From: the human T2T-CHM13v2.0 reference genome, Homo sapiens
Reading direction: 5' to 3' (one strand)
Length of the DNA: 64,000 bases
Assembly (NCBI RefSeq): GCF_009914755.1
Contig: NC_060931.1
A program made the translations under genes and the position numbers. Numbering within the stretch: position 1 is the first letter of the stretch; every line of letters begins with the position of its first letter. Of this stretch, positions 41,182 through 53,845 are shown one piece after another. The notes beneath the pieces are model-generated. The model was not told where the DNA came from, searched no databases, and saw nothing but the letters and a program-made list of their open reading frames with translations.

Positions 41182-43150
41182 TCACAATCTCTCTCTTAAG
41201 CCACCCATTCTAGATTTTCCTCACCACCATTTGGCTGGCTTGAGTTATTCTCCTGATAGCATAACTCAGATTTTCTTCCCCAAGGTACCTAAGATTTTAG
41301 TCTCCTTGATTTGGAACCATATTTTCTCTACTTGTTTTCATCATGATTACTTGGTATGGATACATTGGAAGCAACCCAGGGATCACCTGGGTTTAAGAAA
41401 TACTTCTCCTTTCTCCCATGGTTTAATGGCAAACCTAGATTCTCATGATTATTTTATCATTATACCAATGTTTTCCTTTGCCCACTGGTAGGCTGGCATG
41501 AAGTGCACAGATGGCTATGTGTTTGCTGCAGCTTCTACTTTAGTAGAAACTTTTCTGTGTTTCCTGACATAAGTGTTTACCCATGGGAATTAGGCCTCCA
41601 GATTGAGAGGGTAAAAGGTTTTAAGAATACAAAGAAACTCATCAAGTAGATCACTGGCAGTGATAGTAAGAGGAATGAATCTTATTTCTACCTTTTACGT
41701 CGTGGACCCATGGGTTCAAGCTGTTGGGACACAGCCCTAAATCCTAGCCATTGATAAAGTGCATATACTGCACCCCAGTAGACAGTATCTCAAGCCTCAA
41801 AGTATTGTCCCTGAGCTTGCACTCTAGATGAACCTTCAACAGGTCATTCAACTATATTGTCAGCTGCCTATTTCTGGATAATGAAGTCCATTGCCAGAAT
41901 GATGAATCCTGTGTCATTTATCTCCTGTGTCATAAAATGTGCCTCCCAGTCCTAGAAAATATTACGTGGGATATTATATCAATGAATGACTAGTCTATAA
42001 GCTCTTGGATACTGGTACTATCAGAGTCTTTGCAAACATGGAAAGTAAACCAATATTTACAGCAGAGAATGATTCTAGAAAAAACAAATTAATTCCCACT
42101 GCAAAGTGAAATATATTTAAAAAACTCAAACATTGTAGCAGTTCCCTAATTTTTGGAGTTTTATACCACAACATCTGTCATACATGTGTCTAACTAGAGC
42201 ATCTAGCCTATTTGTCAAGTCCTGCATTATGCCATTAATGTAAAATCATCAATGTTGTAGAACAGGGCAATTTTTCTTTGGAGTGTCAAGGTGGCCAAAG
42301 TTCCTGATGAGTATATTATGACAAAGATTATCAAAGTTAGTATAGTTTCAAGGGAAGACACAGATTTTGATCCTCTCTACTATTGAAGATAAAAAAAAAC
42401 TTTCTAAAATATAACCATATATAATGTGCCACAGTCTATGTTGATATGCTCCTGTAAAAATATCACATATGATGTGACATTTTCAATATGGGCTACAACC
42501 TGATTAAGTTGACTATAATCAACCTTCGTTGCCCAAAATTGTTCTGTTTTTTTTTTCAGAGGCAACAAGATGAATTGAATAGGGATATGGTGGAGTTTAC
42601 CATATCTTCAATACTCAAGTCCTTGATGGTGACTTAGATTACCATTCCTCCCAAGGAATGGCTTTTAATTTGCTATCTTGGCCAAGGTTGTGGGGTGAGG
42701 TCTTCCCCATTGCCGTTCCTATAAAATGGCTGTTACACTACAGATTGTGAAACCAACATGAACCTTTCTGTTACCTTAAAAGTATATTATTCCAGTTATA
42801 AAGTTGGATCCTGGATTAATAACCAGAGCATAGGTCTATTAATTACCTGTTTGCCATGAGTGTCTACAATGAACTGAAGTCCATGATGATAAATTTTAAG
42901 GGCGACATAAATTCCTTAAATTGTCTTTGGTACTTTTTTTAAGTTATCTTGGAAAACTGCTTCAATTCCCTTTGAAATATCTCTCCCTCCTCAGCCCACA
43001 TCTATCTATTCATCATATCTCTCAAAATCAACAGACCCTCCCCTTTTGAGATATATGCTGTGCTTCTCTGGGTTACCACAGCATTTGGATCCACCTCCAC
43101 ACACATTGCCTTGGCTTCTGCTGGTACATATTAATCAGTTTCTATAATTC
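41182..43150 (-). mobile_element. ERVL (class III) internal remnant: protease, RT, integrase and 3' end; RNase H region apparently deleted
   Basis: Minus-strand translations VDYSQLNQVVAHI (42485-42523; cf. HERV-L VDYRKLNQVVTPI), ALFYNIDD (42245-42268; cf. LVHYIDD) and AVYALYQ (41751-41771; cf. AVYALNQ). Confidence 0.8.
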
Positions 43151-45314
43151 CCTTGATAAGGGTGTGATTTATTCTTTGAGCAGAGATTATACTTCTCTCC
43201 TCAGGCTATGCCCAGGCCTGCTATGGTTATCAGCCTGGTAGAAATGAAGTAGTGGAAATTGAAGAAAACGAACAAGATTAGAAGAACGGATTCTTTTGCA
43301 ACAAGGGTTAAAGTGTTGCTGCTTTTGGCCAGGAGGGTTAAAAGAGACATGGAGGATAAAATATTCAGTTTTTCCATCCCATAGACCTTAGGGCCACACC
43401 CTTTTACTCACAGAGCACTTGTTTGATGATCAGAGACCTCAATTATTGAAAATAATTTTCCTTTAAAGTACTACACTCCTTATAACCAGGTAAATTTTTA
43501 GTACAGTGTTTCCTGGGACTGTAAGAGGACAGTCTTCATTAAAGCTCCCATTGAAACTCTCTGGTTTCATAGTCTGATGTATGTTAGCAAATGTTTCCTT
43601 GAGCTCATCATTTTTTTTTTTCAAGACTTCCCATGCTGTTTAATGCAACCACCAGACATCAAATACATTATAATTATTACTGCATTGTACTGATCAGAGT
43701 AGCACCACTTGATCTTTCCATTTTGTACATTTTACCTGCACACTTTTCTAATTTAATCATAAATGAAAGCTTTAATAATTGTGATTCCACTAAATTTCAA
43801 AAATTGTTACCACCTTGCTTGTCACCAGCAATATGGTTCCTATTGCTTCCAAACAGGCAGACAATGAATGTAGATGATGGCTTACTTCCTAGAGTCCCTC
43901 TGACATTAATTGTCATGGCCTAGATTTCCTGGAAAACAGAAGCTAAAATAAATGTTCCATTCATGGAATCAAAAATGAGAAGAAAGGAAGCAAAACAGGA
44001 ATACAGGAAAATCAAATAAAGATGATGCATTATTGAACTGGTCACAGCTTCTATGTAATAGTTACCTAGTGGTTGGGTCATAAATGATATATCTGGAGAG
44101 ACCAAATATATTCACTGCATTTTGAAATACTATATTTAAATTAAAAAGTCTTGAAAACTCCATCAAGGGAAGAAAGGGAAAGCAGTTTATTTGATAGCTG
44201 TTTTCTACCTCTTGCTGGTTAAAATTTGTTCCATAGGATGCTAGTTTCACACTTTTGTATTCTATTACACACATCTTGTAGGATGCCAGGGAAGTTTGGG
44301 TCTTATGACACTAATTGAGTCACACCTGGGCCTTAGAGGTCCTGTGGCTTACACTGAAGTGAGTATGTATACGTCCTGCAAAATTCTAGCCTTGCTCTTG
44401 TAGAGGTGTGAGACAATTAGAGGTTATGGGAAATGAGGTGATAATGGTGGCATTTTGGGCTTGGAGACTATATGTCTAAAAAATGCATATCATCATTAGT
44501 ACACATTCATAATCCACAGCGTAAGGCAACTGTATAAAATATATTTGAATATCTCCACCTGAGGTATATTAGGACACAGTTCTTTTCTATGTCCAACCAT
44601 CACAATTTTTCCAGGATTATGTTGACTATAGGTAAGACATGACTGGATATATCCTCTGATATTAAGAAGAGTTATCAATCACCGTTTAATTAATGTGGAA
44701 AATTCATTCCTTTTATGGTGGGTTATCTCATGGAAACATAATTTTTCAGGTATCCATTTGAGTTTATTTTGTGTCACCATTCAGCCTTCCTTGCTTTGTT
44801 ATGGCTTATTATACAATACATTCTTAGTATTTCACTTCAGGATCAGTGGTCAAATTTTATGCATCTATAAATGGAAATTTTTACCTTCATGGATTTTTCT
44901 TTTTGTTATATAAGAAGTCTTTGCACAGAATATTAGTCAGCAAAACTGGCTTAGCATAGTGACCTGTGTAAGCATTTCCTGTACATACATTTTTATGTCT
45001 TTTATGGTGGTCTCTACCTTTATAATCACAATTTTATCAGGTAGCATCGAATCATCAAGCAATGAATATATTTATTGTCCAATTTTTGTAGGAGTACTTG
45101 AAGAGGATAAGAATCATCTATGTTTCCTTAGAATTTTAAGGCTGTGAGCTATAAAAATCTATCAGCTATCTGTGATTATGTTTATCCTTTTACATTAATC
45201 AAATTGACATACCCTGCAAAGGGCTGTAAGTTTAGCCACTGGAGCTGATTTATTTTGGTAAGAAACTGGATTCTACGCATGAATATGGAGTAATTATTCA
45301 TCACCAGCCTGGCA

Positions 45315-46382
45315 TGTTGCAGGAAGTCAGGGACCTCAAACAGAGGGACCGGCTGAAGCCATGGCAGAAGAACGTGGATTGTGAAGATTTTATGGACATT
45401 TATTAGTTCCTTAAATTAATACTTTTATAATTTCTTATGCCTGTCTTTACTGCAATCTCTAACGTAAGTTGTGAAGATTTCATGGACACTTATCACTTCC
45501 TTAATCAATACCTTTGTGATTTCCTATGCCTGTCTTTACTTTAATCTCTTAATCCTGTCAGCCAAGGAGGATGTATGTTGCCTCAGGACCATGTGATAAT
45601 TGCGTTAACTGCACAAATTGTACAGTATGTGTGTTTGAGCAATATGAAATCTGAGCACCTTGAATAAAGAACAGGATAACAGCAGTTGTTCAGGGAATAA
45701 GAGAGATAACCTTAAACTCTGAGCGTCGGTGAGCCAGGTGGAACAGAGCCATATTTCTCTTCTTTCAAAAGCAAATGGGGGAAATATCGCTGAATTCTTT
45801 TTCTCAGCATGGAACATCCCTGAGAAACAGAACGTGTGCCTGCGGGTAGGTCTCTAAACTGGCCCCCCTGGACGTAGCCGTCTCTTATGGCCGAGGCTGC
45901 AGAGATGAAATAGACTCCAGTCTCCTATAGCACTCCCAGGCTTATTAGGAAGAGGAAATTCCCACCTAATAAATTTTGGTCAGACCAGATGATCTCAAAA
46001 CTCTGTCTCCTGATAAAATGTTATCAATTGCAATGGTGCCCGAAACTTCATTAGCAATTTTAATTTCGCCTCGGTCCTGTGTTCCTGTGATCTTGCCCTG
46101 CCTCCGCTTGCCTTGCGATATTCTATTACCCTGTTAAGTACGTGATGTCTGCCACCTCCACCTATTCGCACACTCCCTCCCCTTTTGAAAGTCCCTAATA
46201 AAACTTGCTGGTTTTTGTGGCTTGTGGGGCATCACAGAACCTACCGACATGTGATGTCTCCCTCGGACGCCCAGCTTTAACATTTCTCTCTTTTGTACTC
46301 TGTCCCTTTATTTCTCAAGCCGGCCGATGCTTAAGGAAAATAGAAAAGAACCTACGTGAATATCGGGGCAGATTCCCCGATA
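45315..46382 (+). mobile_element. MER11A-like solo LTR (HERV-K HML-8)
   Basis: tgttgcaggaagtcagggacc...cctacgtgaatatcggggcagattccccgata, 1068 bp; 6-bp TSD ctggca/ctggtg (one CpG decayed on opposite strands). Confidence 0.92.
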
Positions 46383-47800
46383 CTGGTGTTTTACCTTTTC
46401 ATTTGTGAGATAAGACACATCAACACACAATGTTACATAAGGATTTGGTATGGGAACGTCTAAATAATATGCTATGAAAATGGGCAATTATCAAACTACA
46501 GAAGCATAATCATATTCTCCATCAGATAAGGATAATAAACTTGCTAATTGAGAGTATAGATGCACATTTAATATGAGGAAAGAATATATATTTTTCATAC
46601 TTAATCAGCTAGAGCATGACCTAACCATTCATGTACATACAAGAACAAAGGCCTATAGTAATTTGGTAGACCCACATAGGTGGGTGTTGAAGGAATATTT
46701 TGAGATTATTTAAAGGATTTTCTATTTCTGTAACCTATGGGAGTGGTTCTAAGATGTTTGATTTAGTTGCTATAAAAGGGCATTTCTTTATTTTAGAAAA
46801 ATGTTGGTGCCCATTATCTAGATTATCTGTTTGATGCAATAAATTCCTTTGTCCTTTAGTTATTGGTCATGAGTAATTTGGGATAATTTGTAATCTGCTC
46901 TTGGATAATGCCTTCAGCTGGTGGGTCATAGCCTAGAATAATGAATTGTTTTGCAGTGTTGAATTTTGTTTTTTCTTAGAAGCTTGATATCCCTTTTTAA
47001 ACAGCTTGATAAGTTTAGAAAGAGGGTCAATTTTAGGATTTTCCAAATTAAGAGAATGTAATAGGGTGTTATCTTTTTATTAGATCAGAGTGAGTCCACC
47101 GGGGCTCTGTATACTGTAAAGATATTATTTCAATATTTGGAAGAAGTAAAACATATCTTCAGTGAATTCTTTGGTATGCAACTTTCTAGGAGAATTGTTG
47201 ATTTTCCCTGGAGGAAGCAAATGAACATTGACTATGTTTTATCAATTTGGAGACTAAATTAACAAATATATCTGAGCATAGATATATTACCATAAAGAAT
47301 TTGGCTATAGATGGAACTGAGAAGAATATGAGTAAGGTACTACTCAGAAGCAAGGAGTTACAAGGAGTTCGTATTTTGTGAATTTCTCATTGAAGTTCAA
47401 AACAATATAAATCCTCCGCCAATCATATTGCTGGGGCTGACTAAATGAATGATGAGTCCACTGTCCATAGATACAGTTGGTCCAAAAACTTCCTTGACAT
47501 CAGCTTAACAGGGTATTGTAAAACTTTAGACAAAAATTTTGAAGACTAATCTGGGCACACAGGGGTTTACTCTAATTATTTTGCTTGTCCGTATAGATTC
47601 TTTGCCCACATGTTTCTGGAAACAACTACGTTTTTAGGTGTTTCTTGAATTACATATAGTGTAGCTATGTAAATGTATATATCAGCTATCATTTGATGGT
47701 GGGTAGAATTTTCTAGGACTGAAGAACACTGTATCTGGAAATAACATTTTCAAAATAATTCCCTATCTATTGAATTTGCAGGAGTCATGACATAGAGGAG

Positions 47801-47977
47801 TCATGCTGGCATCATGGGCATGTGACCTGTGCAGTGCCACAGGGCCCCATGGTTACAAGGATCTCATGCTTGCTTTAATGCCCTGCTGTAATCATCTTAA
47901 AATTCCTATTAATTATTGAACAGGGGCCCCACATTTTCATTTTGTACTGTGTCCCACAAATTATGTAACTCGCCTTG
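47801..47977 (+). mobile_element. MER45A (hAT-Tip100)
   Basis: catgggcatgtgacctgtgcagtgccacagggcccc...gaacaggggccccacattttcattttgtactg...cacaaattatgtaac. Confidence 0.8.
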
Positions 47978-48409
47978 CAGAAGACTGGTACCAGAGTTCA
48001 TAGTTACAGGTTAGTCATAGACAAGAATTTAGGATTCTTAGAAATCCCCAGTTTAAGTGGTTTGAGTACTCTGGGGGATTTGGTTTGCTGTATAGTAATG
48101 GAGTTGATTGTACAGTGGTACCCATATCAATAAGAAAGCTATATTATTATCTATTTATATTATAAGTAATTCCCAATGGAGCTTTAAAACGAGATAGAAA
48201 ATTGCTGGTGCTTATGTTTCTGTTGGATCAACTGTCTTTGGACAGTTTTTTTTTTTTTAATCAGTGTGAGGCATTGAGTGTTCCAATGATCTTTTCTTCC
48301 AATATCTACAAGAATCCTTACTTATAAGCTTTATGTTCTTAGATAGTAGAAAATCCTTTCTTACTGTGTTTGTTTGTTTGTGTGTTTGTCTCATCTGGAG
48401 AGCTGGAGT

Positions 48410-49457
48410 ATATATATAGAGTGGAATGATTGCCACAATCAAAGTAGCTAATACATTCATCACCTCACATAATTACCATTGTTTTCCTTTTGTGGTGTGA
48501 ACACTTAAGATCTACTCTCTTACAAAATTTCAAATATCAAATATAGCATAATTAATGATAGACACTATGTTGTACCTTAGATCCCCAGAACTTTTTAATC
48601 TTACAATTGAAAGTTTGTAGTCTTTACCAACATCTACCCAAACCTTGCCCCTTCCAAACCTTACCCCTGGAAACCATCATTCTAGTATGTGCCTTTATGA
48701 GCTTGACTTTTTACTATTACACATACAAGTGAGAACAAACAGTATTTTTCTCTCTGTGTCTGGCATATTTCACTTAGCATACCGTTCTCTAGTGTTATTA
48801 ATATTGCCACAAATGACAGAATTTCCTTCCTTTTATGGCTAAATACTATTCCATTGTATGTATAGACAGCATTTTCTTTATAAAATCATTCATTGATTCA
48901 CAATTTGGTTGCTTTCATATTTTGACTATTGTGAAGAATGTTGCAATAATCATGAGGTTGCAAATATCTTTTTGAAAAACTTATTTCATTTCCTTCATTT
49001 ATATATCCAGAAGTGGAATTGCTGTTTCATAAGGGTAGTTTCATTTTTACTTTTTCTGACGATCCTCCACACCGTTTTTTATGATGGCTCTACCAATTTA
49101 CATTCCCATCAACAGTGTAAAAGGGTTCCCTATTCTCTACATCTTCACCAGTACTTATTGTCTCTTTGCTTTTTGATAAGAACCTTCCTAACAGGTATGA
49201 GGTGATATTTCATTGTATTCTTGATTTGCATTTCCCTGATGATTAGTGATGTTGAACACTTTCAGATAGCTGGCAGTTGTTTGTATATCTTCTTTGGAAA
49301 AATGCCTATTCAGAATCTTTGCCCATTATTTAATAGGGTTGTTTATCTATTTTTGCTATTGACCTGTAGGAGATTATTACCTAATTTGGATATCAACTCT
49401 TTATCAGATAGTTTGAAAATATTTTCTCCCATTTTGTAGGTTGCCTTCTTATTTTTA
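48410..49457 (-). mobile_element. L1MA9-like 3' UTR / ORF2 end
   Basis: cattcatcacctcacataattacc...gaacacttaagatctactctct...agatccccagaact. Confidence 0.85.
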
Positions 49458-50575
49458 GTTGTATTATATCTTTCAGTTCCAGAATCTCTGTTTGATTCTT
49501 TTTTTATGGTTTCTATTTTTTCATTAAACTTCTCATTGTCTTCATGCAGTTTTCCTGATTTTGTTTAGTTGTATATCTGTGTTCTCTTGTATCTTGTTGA
49601 ACTCAAGATAATTTTTTTAAAATTGTTTGTTAGGTAATTTATAGATTTCTGATTCTTTGGGGTAGTTTATTGACACTTTATTGATTTCCTATGGTGATGT
49701 TGTGTTAGTCTGACTCTCTATGATTTGTGTGGCATTGAGTTTGTGTCTGTGTATTAAGGGGCAAAACACTTTTTCTAATCTTTACAGATGGGTTTCAGCA
49801 GGCAAAAACCTTCTCCTGTCAATTTCTTGGGCTAATGAGATTCCCTTTGGGATCCAGGTTGAGTGGGGTTGGAGCCAGGTCACATGGCTGCTACTAGATC
49901 TGAGGTTGACAGCCCTATGGCTAGGAGTTCAGGTGGGTATAGCTCTTGCTTAATCTTTGAATAGGCAAGACTACATTCAGAACCTTGGTCAGTAGAGCTG
50001 GTACTGAAACAAGTTTCAAGGTCTGCAGTTAGTTCTGCACGTGGTAGACCTGTTACCAGATTCATGTGTAGTTTTGGCTCCTGCAGGTTCCCTGAGAATA
50101 TTCCCCCTAGGTCACTGGGTGTATTTCTGGGTGTTTATGGCTGCTCCTGACCACAGCTGAGGGAGAATGGAGCTGGGTCATGGGCCACTTCAGGATCCAC
50201 TCCCAGAACCAAGTTGGTGGGCCTGTTACTTGAGGCATGGGAAGGTGTGGCTCCATTTGGGTGTCCTGGAGTATGGCGCTGGTGGCAGGACCAAGGCCAA
50301 TTGGAGCTGTAACTGAATCCACAGGGGTATGGGGCTGTTTCTGGGTTCCTAGTCAAGACCATGATCAATGAGCCTGTCATCAGGTTGCAGGCCTGATCTC
50401 TCAATATAGCTCTCTTTGGTCTTCAGATTCATGAGGATTTTACAACATGCTACTTGGATTTCATTGCTCTACAAAAAAGTATTTTTGTCTGGATAACTAC
50501 CAAATTATTACTGCTGGAAGGGAATGTGAGTGGAGGACCTACGGTTCTGCCATTTTACTGTTCTCACTCCCCACC
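49458..50575 (-). mobile_element. L1M (L1M3-type) 5' UTR / ORF1 start
   Basis: tttcagttccagaatctctgtttgattc...aaacttctcattg (ORF1 antisense), then a GC-richer 5' UTR ending near ctgccattttactg. Confidence 0.62.
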
Positions 50576-51524
50576 AAATCTACTGTGAAGAAAAAGGGGT
50601 TTCTAACGGTCTTATATAATGTATTTCCTACTTGTTCTTGGCTTTTCAAGGCCAAATTTTTGACATATGTGTATTGGGTTTTTTAGATTTCCTCCTGATG
50701 TTTTCTATTATGCTGCTTTCAACTTGTAATTAAGAAAAAAAGTTGATAAAAATTTAGTACTCCAAGATGTTAATTATCTAAGAAAACACTGAATTGCACA
50801 GCAGATTTTACCTATTTTTTGAGGCTTAGGGAAATTCTTAATTATAGTTCTTAAGAACTCTAGACTAAGGTTTAAGTACAACTTCTATAGACCTGCCTTC
50901 TAGTCCAGCAATGGGATTTTTAAAATGCAATTGTTTATTTCCTGAGAAATACCATGAGGAAAATGTTTCTTATTTATGAGGTCAGGGGAAAGAGCAGAAG
51001 GAATATAAGTGGTATAATTTATGAGGAAATTAAGTCTGAGAGTAAAAGAGGTACAAGAGGGGGAGGCTTCAGAGATTTGGAAGGAGTTTGATTGTTTTTT
51101 CCTTGGACTTTTCTACAAAGTCTTTGAGGGTTTCTATCTTGGAGTCAATATTTTGATTTTAGGACTTCATATAAGAAAGTCAATCACAGATTACTTGGTA
51201 TTTGTCTCAGGTCTTTTTTTTTTTCAGAGCTCCTCGTAAATGTATTATTCTTGATATGTCAGAAGTTTCCCATATTGGCCATTGTAATTCTTATTAAATC
51301 TTCCTATTTATCAAGATAAGCATAATTATTTGAGTTAGAGTAAGACAAAATATAGGAAGCAGACGTTCTGCCAGAGGAAAGTCAGCTTTAATGTAGAGAT
51401 GAACTTGAGATTAACAAAAAAGTGCACTAAAAACAGTAAACTCTCTGTACTTGTGAATAGTGTCTTGGCCTTCCCCAATCAAGCAAAGGTATGCCAACAA
51501 TGCCTCAATAATTTGTTTAATTTG

Positions 51525-53845
51525 TTTCAGCTTTATTGAGGTATAATGATATACAAAAATTTTCATGCATTTAATGTATACATTTTGATAAATTTAGATA
51601 CCTGTGTATACCCATGGTACCATCACAACACCCAAGATACTAAACATATTCATCACCTCCAAAAGTTTTCTTGTGTTTTTTATTTAGTTGTGTGTAGGTT
51701 TTGTTTGTCTTTGTTTGTTTGATAAGAACATGAGGTCTTTCCTTTAACTTATTTTAATGTATATAACACTGTATTGTTAACCCTAGGTACTATGTTATGC
51801 AGCAAGTCTCTAGAATGTATTTTTATTGTAAAACTGAAACTTCGTACCCACAGGGCAACAATTTTCCATTTTCCCCAACCTTATCCCCCGGAAATCAGCA
51901 TTCTACTCTGTGTATCTATGAATTTCACTCTTTTAGACACCCCATACAAGTGAAATAATGCAAGATTTGTCTATCTGTTACTGGGTTGTTTCACTTAGCA
52001 TAGTGTTCTCTAGGTATGTCTATGTTGCAAATGGCAGGATGTCCTTCTTATTTTAAGAATGAATAATATTCCATTGTATGTATTTACCACACTTTCTTTA
52101 TCTAACTGTTAATAAACATTTCATTTTTTTCCATATCTTGGCTATTGTGAATAATATTGCAGAACCTGGGAGTAAAAATATCTCTGTGAGACTGATTTCA
52201 ATTTTTTTGGACATAAAACTGTAAGTGAAATTATTGGATTATATAACATTTTTAATTTTAAATATTTTGAGAAACCTCCTTACTGTTTTGTATAAGGGCA
52301 AACAATTCTAAATTCCCACCAACTGTATAGAAGGAGTCCCATTCCTCTACATCTTTGATAAAATTTGTTATATTTTGACTTAATAATGGTCATCCTAATA
52401 GGGCTGAGTTAATATCTCATTGTGGTTTCAACATGAATTTACCTGATGATTAGTGATGTTGAACACCCTTTCATATATGTGGTGGCCATGTGTATATATT
52501 CTTTGGAGATAAGTCTATTCAAATCCTTTGTGCATTTTAAAATCTAGATATGTATGAGTTTTTTTGCTGTTGAGTTTTAGGAGATTATTATTATATTCTT
52601 GGATATTAACTCCTTATCAGACACATAGTTTGAGAATAGTTTATCCCATTCTGCATGTTGTCTTTTTACTGTGTTGATTGTATATAATTCATTGTGCAGA
52701 AGGTTTTTAGTTAAAATTAGTTTCATGTGTCTATTTCTGGTTTTGCTGCCTGTGCCTTTAGTGTCAAATCCAATAAATCATTGCCAAAAACAATATCAAG
52801 AAAATTTTATCCATTTTCTTCAAGGAGCTTTACAGTTTCATGACTTAGTGTTTAATACATTTTTAGTTGGTTTTTGTGTATAGCACAAAGTATGGAGTTC
52901 CATTTCATTTTTTTGCATGTGGATGTCGACCACAAATTTGGAAGCGGCTATCCTTTCTCCAGTGTGTGATCTTGACACCCTTGTCAAAGATCAGTTGGCT
53001 GCACATGCACGGGTTTATTTCTTGGTTCTCTATTCTATTCTCTTGGTCTATGTGCTTATCTTTATATTAGTATACTGTTTCTATTATTGTAGCTTTGTAA
53101 TATATTTTGGAATCAGGGAATGTGATGTCTCCAGCCTTGTTCTTTCTCAAAATCACTTTGGCAATTCGGAGTCTTCTGTGGCTCCACATGAATTTTAGTA
53201 TTGTTTTTTCTATTTCTGTAAACAATGCCATTGGGATTTTGACAGGGATAACATTGAATCTGTCGATTGCTGGTCATAAGATGGACATTTAACAATATAA
53301 TCCTTTTCTATAAACAGGGAATGTCTTTCTATTTATTTGTCTAGTTTAATTTCTTTCATCAGTGTTTTATAAGTTTTCAATGTTCAAGTTTTATCTTTAT
53401 GGTTAAATTTATTCCTAAGTATTTTATCATTTTTAATGCTGTTGGTAATAGGATTGTTCTCTTAATTTCCTTTTCAGATAGTTCATTGTTACTGTGTAGA
53501 ACTACAAGTGATTTTTATGTATTAAATTGTATTCTGCAAGTTTGCTTAATTTCTTGATTAATTCTTACAGATTTGCGAAGTCTTTGGGAGTTTTGTACAT
53601 ATAGGATTATACCATCTTCAAACAGAGGCAATTTTACTGCTCCTTTAAAATTTGGATGCATTTTATTTTGCTGCTGTTATTGCCTAATTTCTTTGGGTAG
53701 GATTTGTAGTACTACGTTGACTAGAATTGGTATAAGAGGAGGCATCCTTGTCTTGTTCTTGATCTTAGACAAAAATACTTTTAGTTTTTCACCATTCAGT
53801 ATGATGTTAGCTGTGGAATTGTCATATATGGACTTCATTATAGTG
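51525..53845 (-). mobile_element. L1MA10/L1MB-like 3' UTR plus ORF2 (RT) remnant
   Basis: ctttattgaggtataat 3' terminus; ORF 53677..53943 KSIYDNSTANIILNGEKLKVF is L1 ORF2 RT. Confidence 0.88.

Larger units (their letters stand above)
44480..48200 (-). mobile_element. Ancient class I (gamma/epsilon-like) ERV pro-pol fossil, interrupted by MER11A and MER45A
   Basis: Ordered minus-strand motifs: FLIDMGTTV (48111-48137, PR), SVPSIAKFFMVIYLCSDIF (47264-47320, RT), TLI**KDNTLLHS (47053-47091, YVDD site), GLPNYYRPLFLYVHE (46628-46672), VTLCVDVSY (46410-46436), KSAPVAKLTAL (45219-45251), KRINIITDS (45165-45191, RNase H), HEITHH (44715-44732), CLTYSQHNPGK (IN zinc finger, in ORF 44496..44678). Confidence 0.82.

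Noticed and set aside
43300-44000. Possible env remnant of the class I ERV
   Set aside because: No furin site, immunosuppressive domain or CX6CC motif found by eye.
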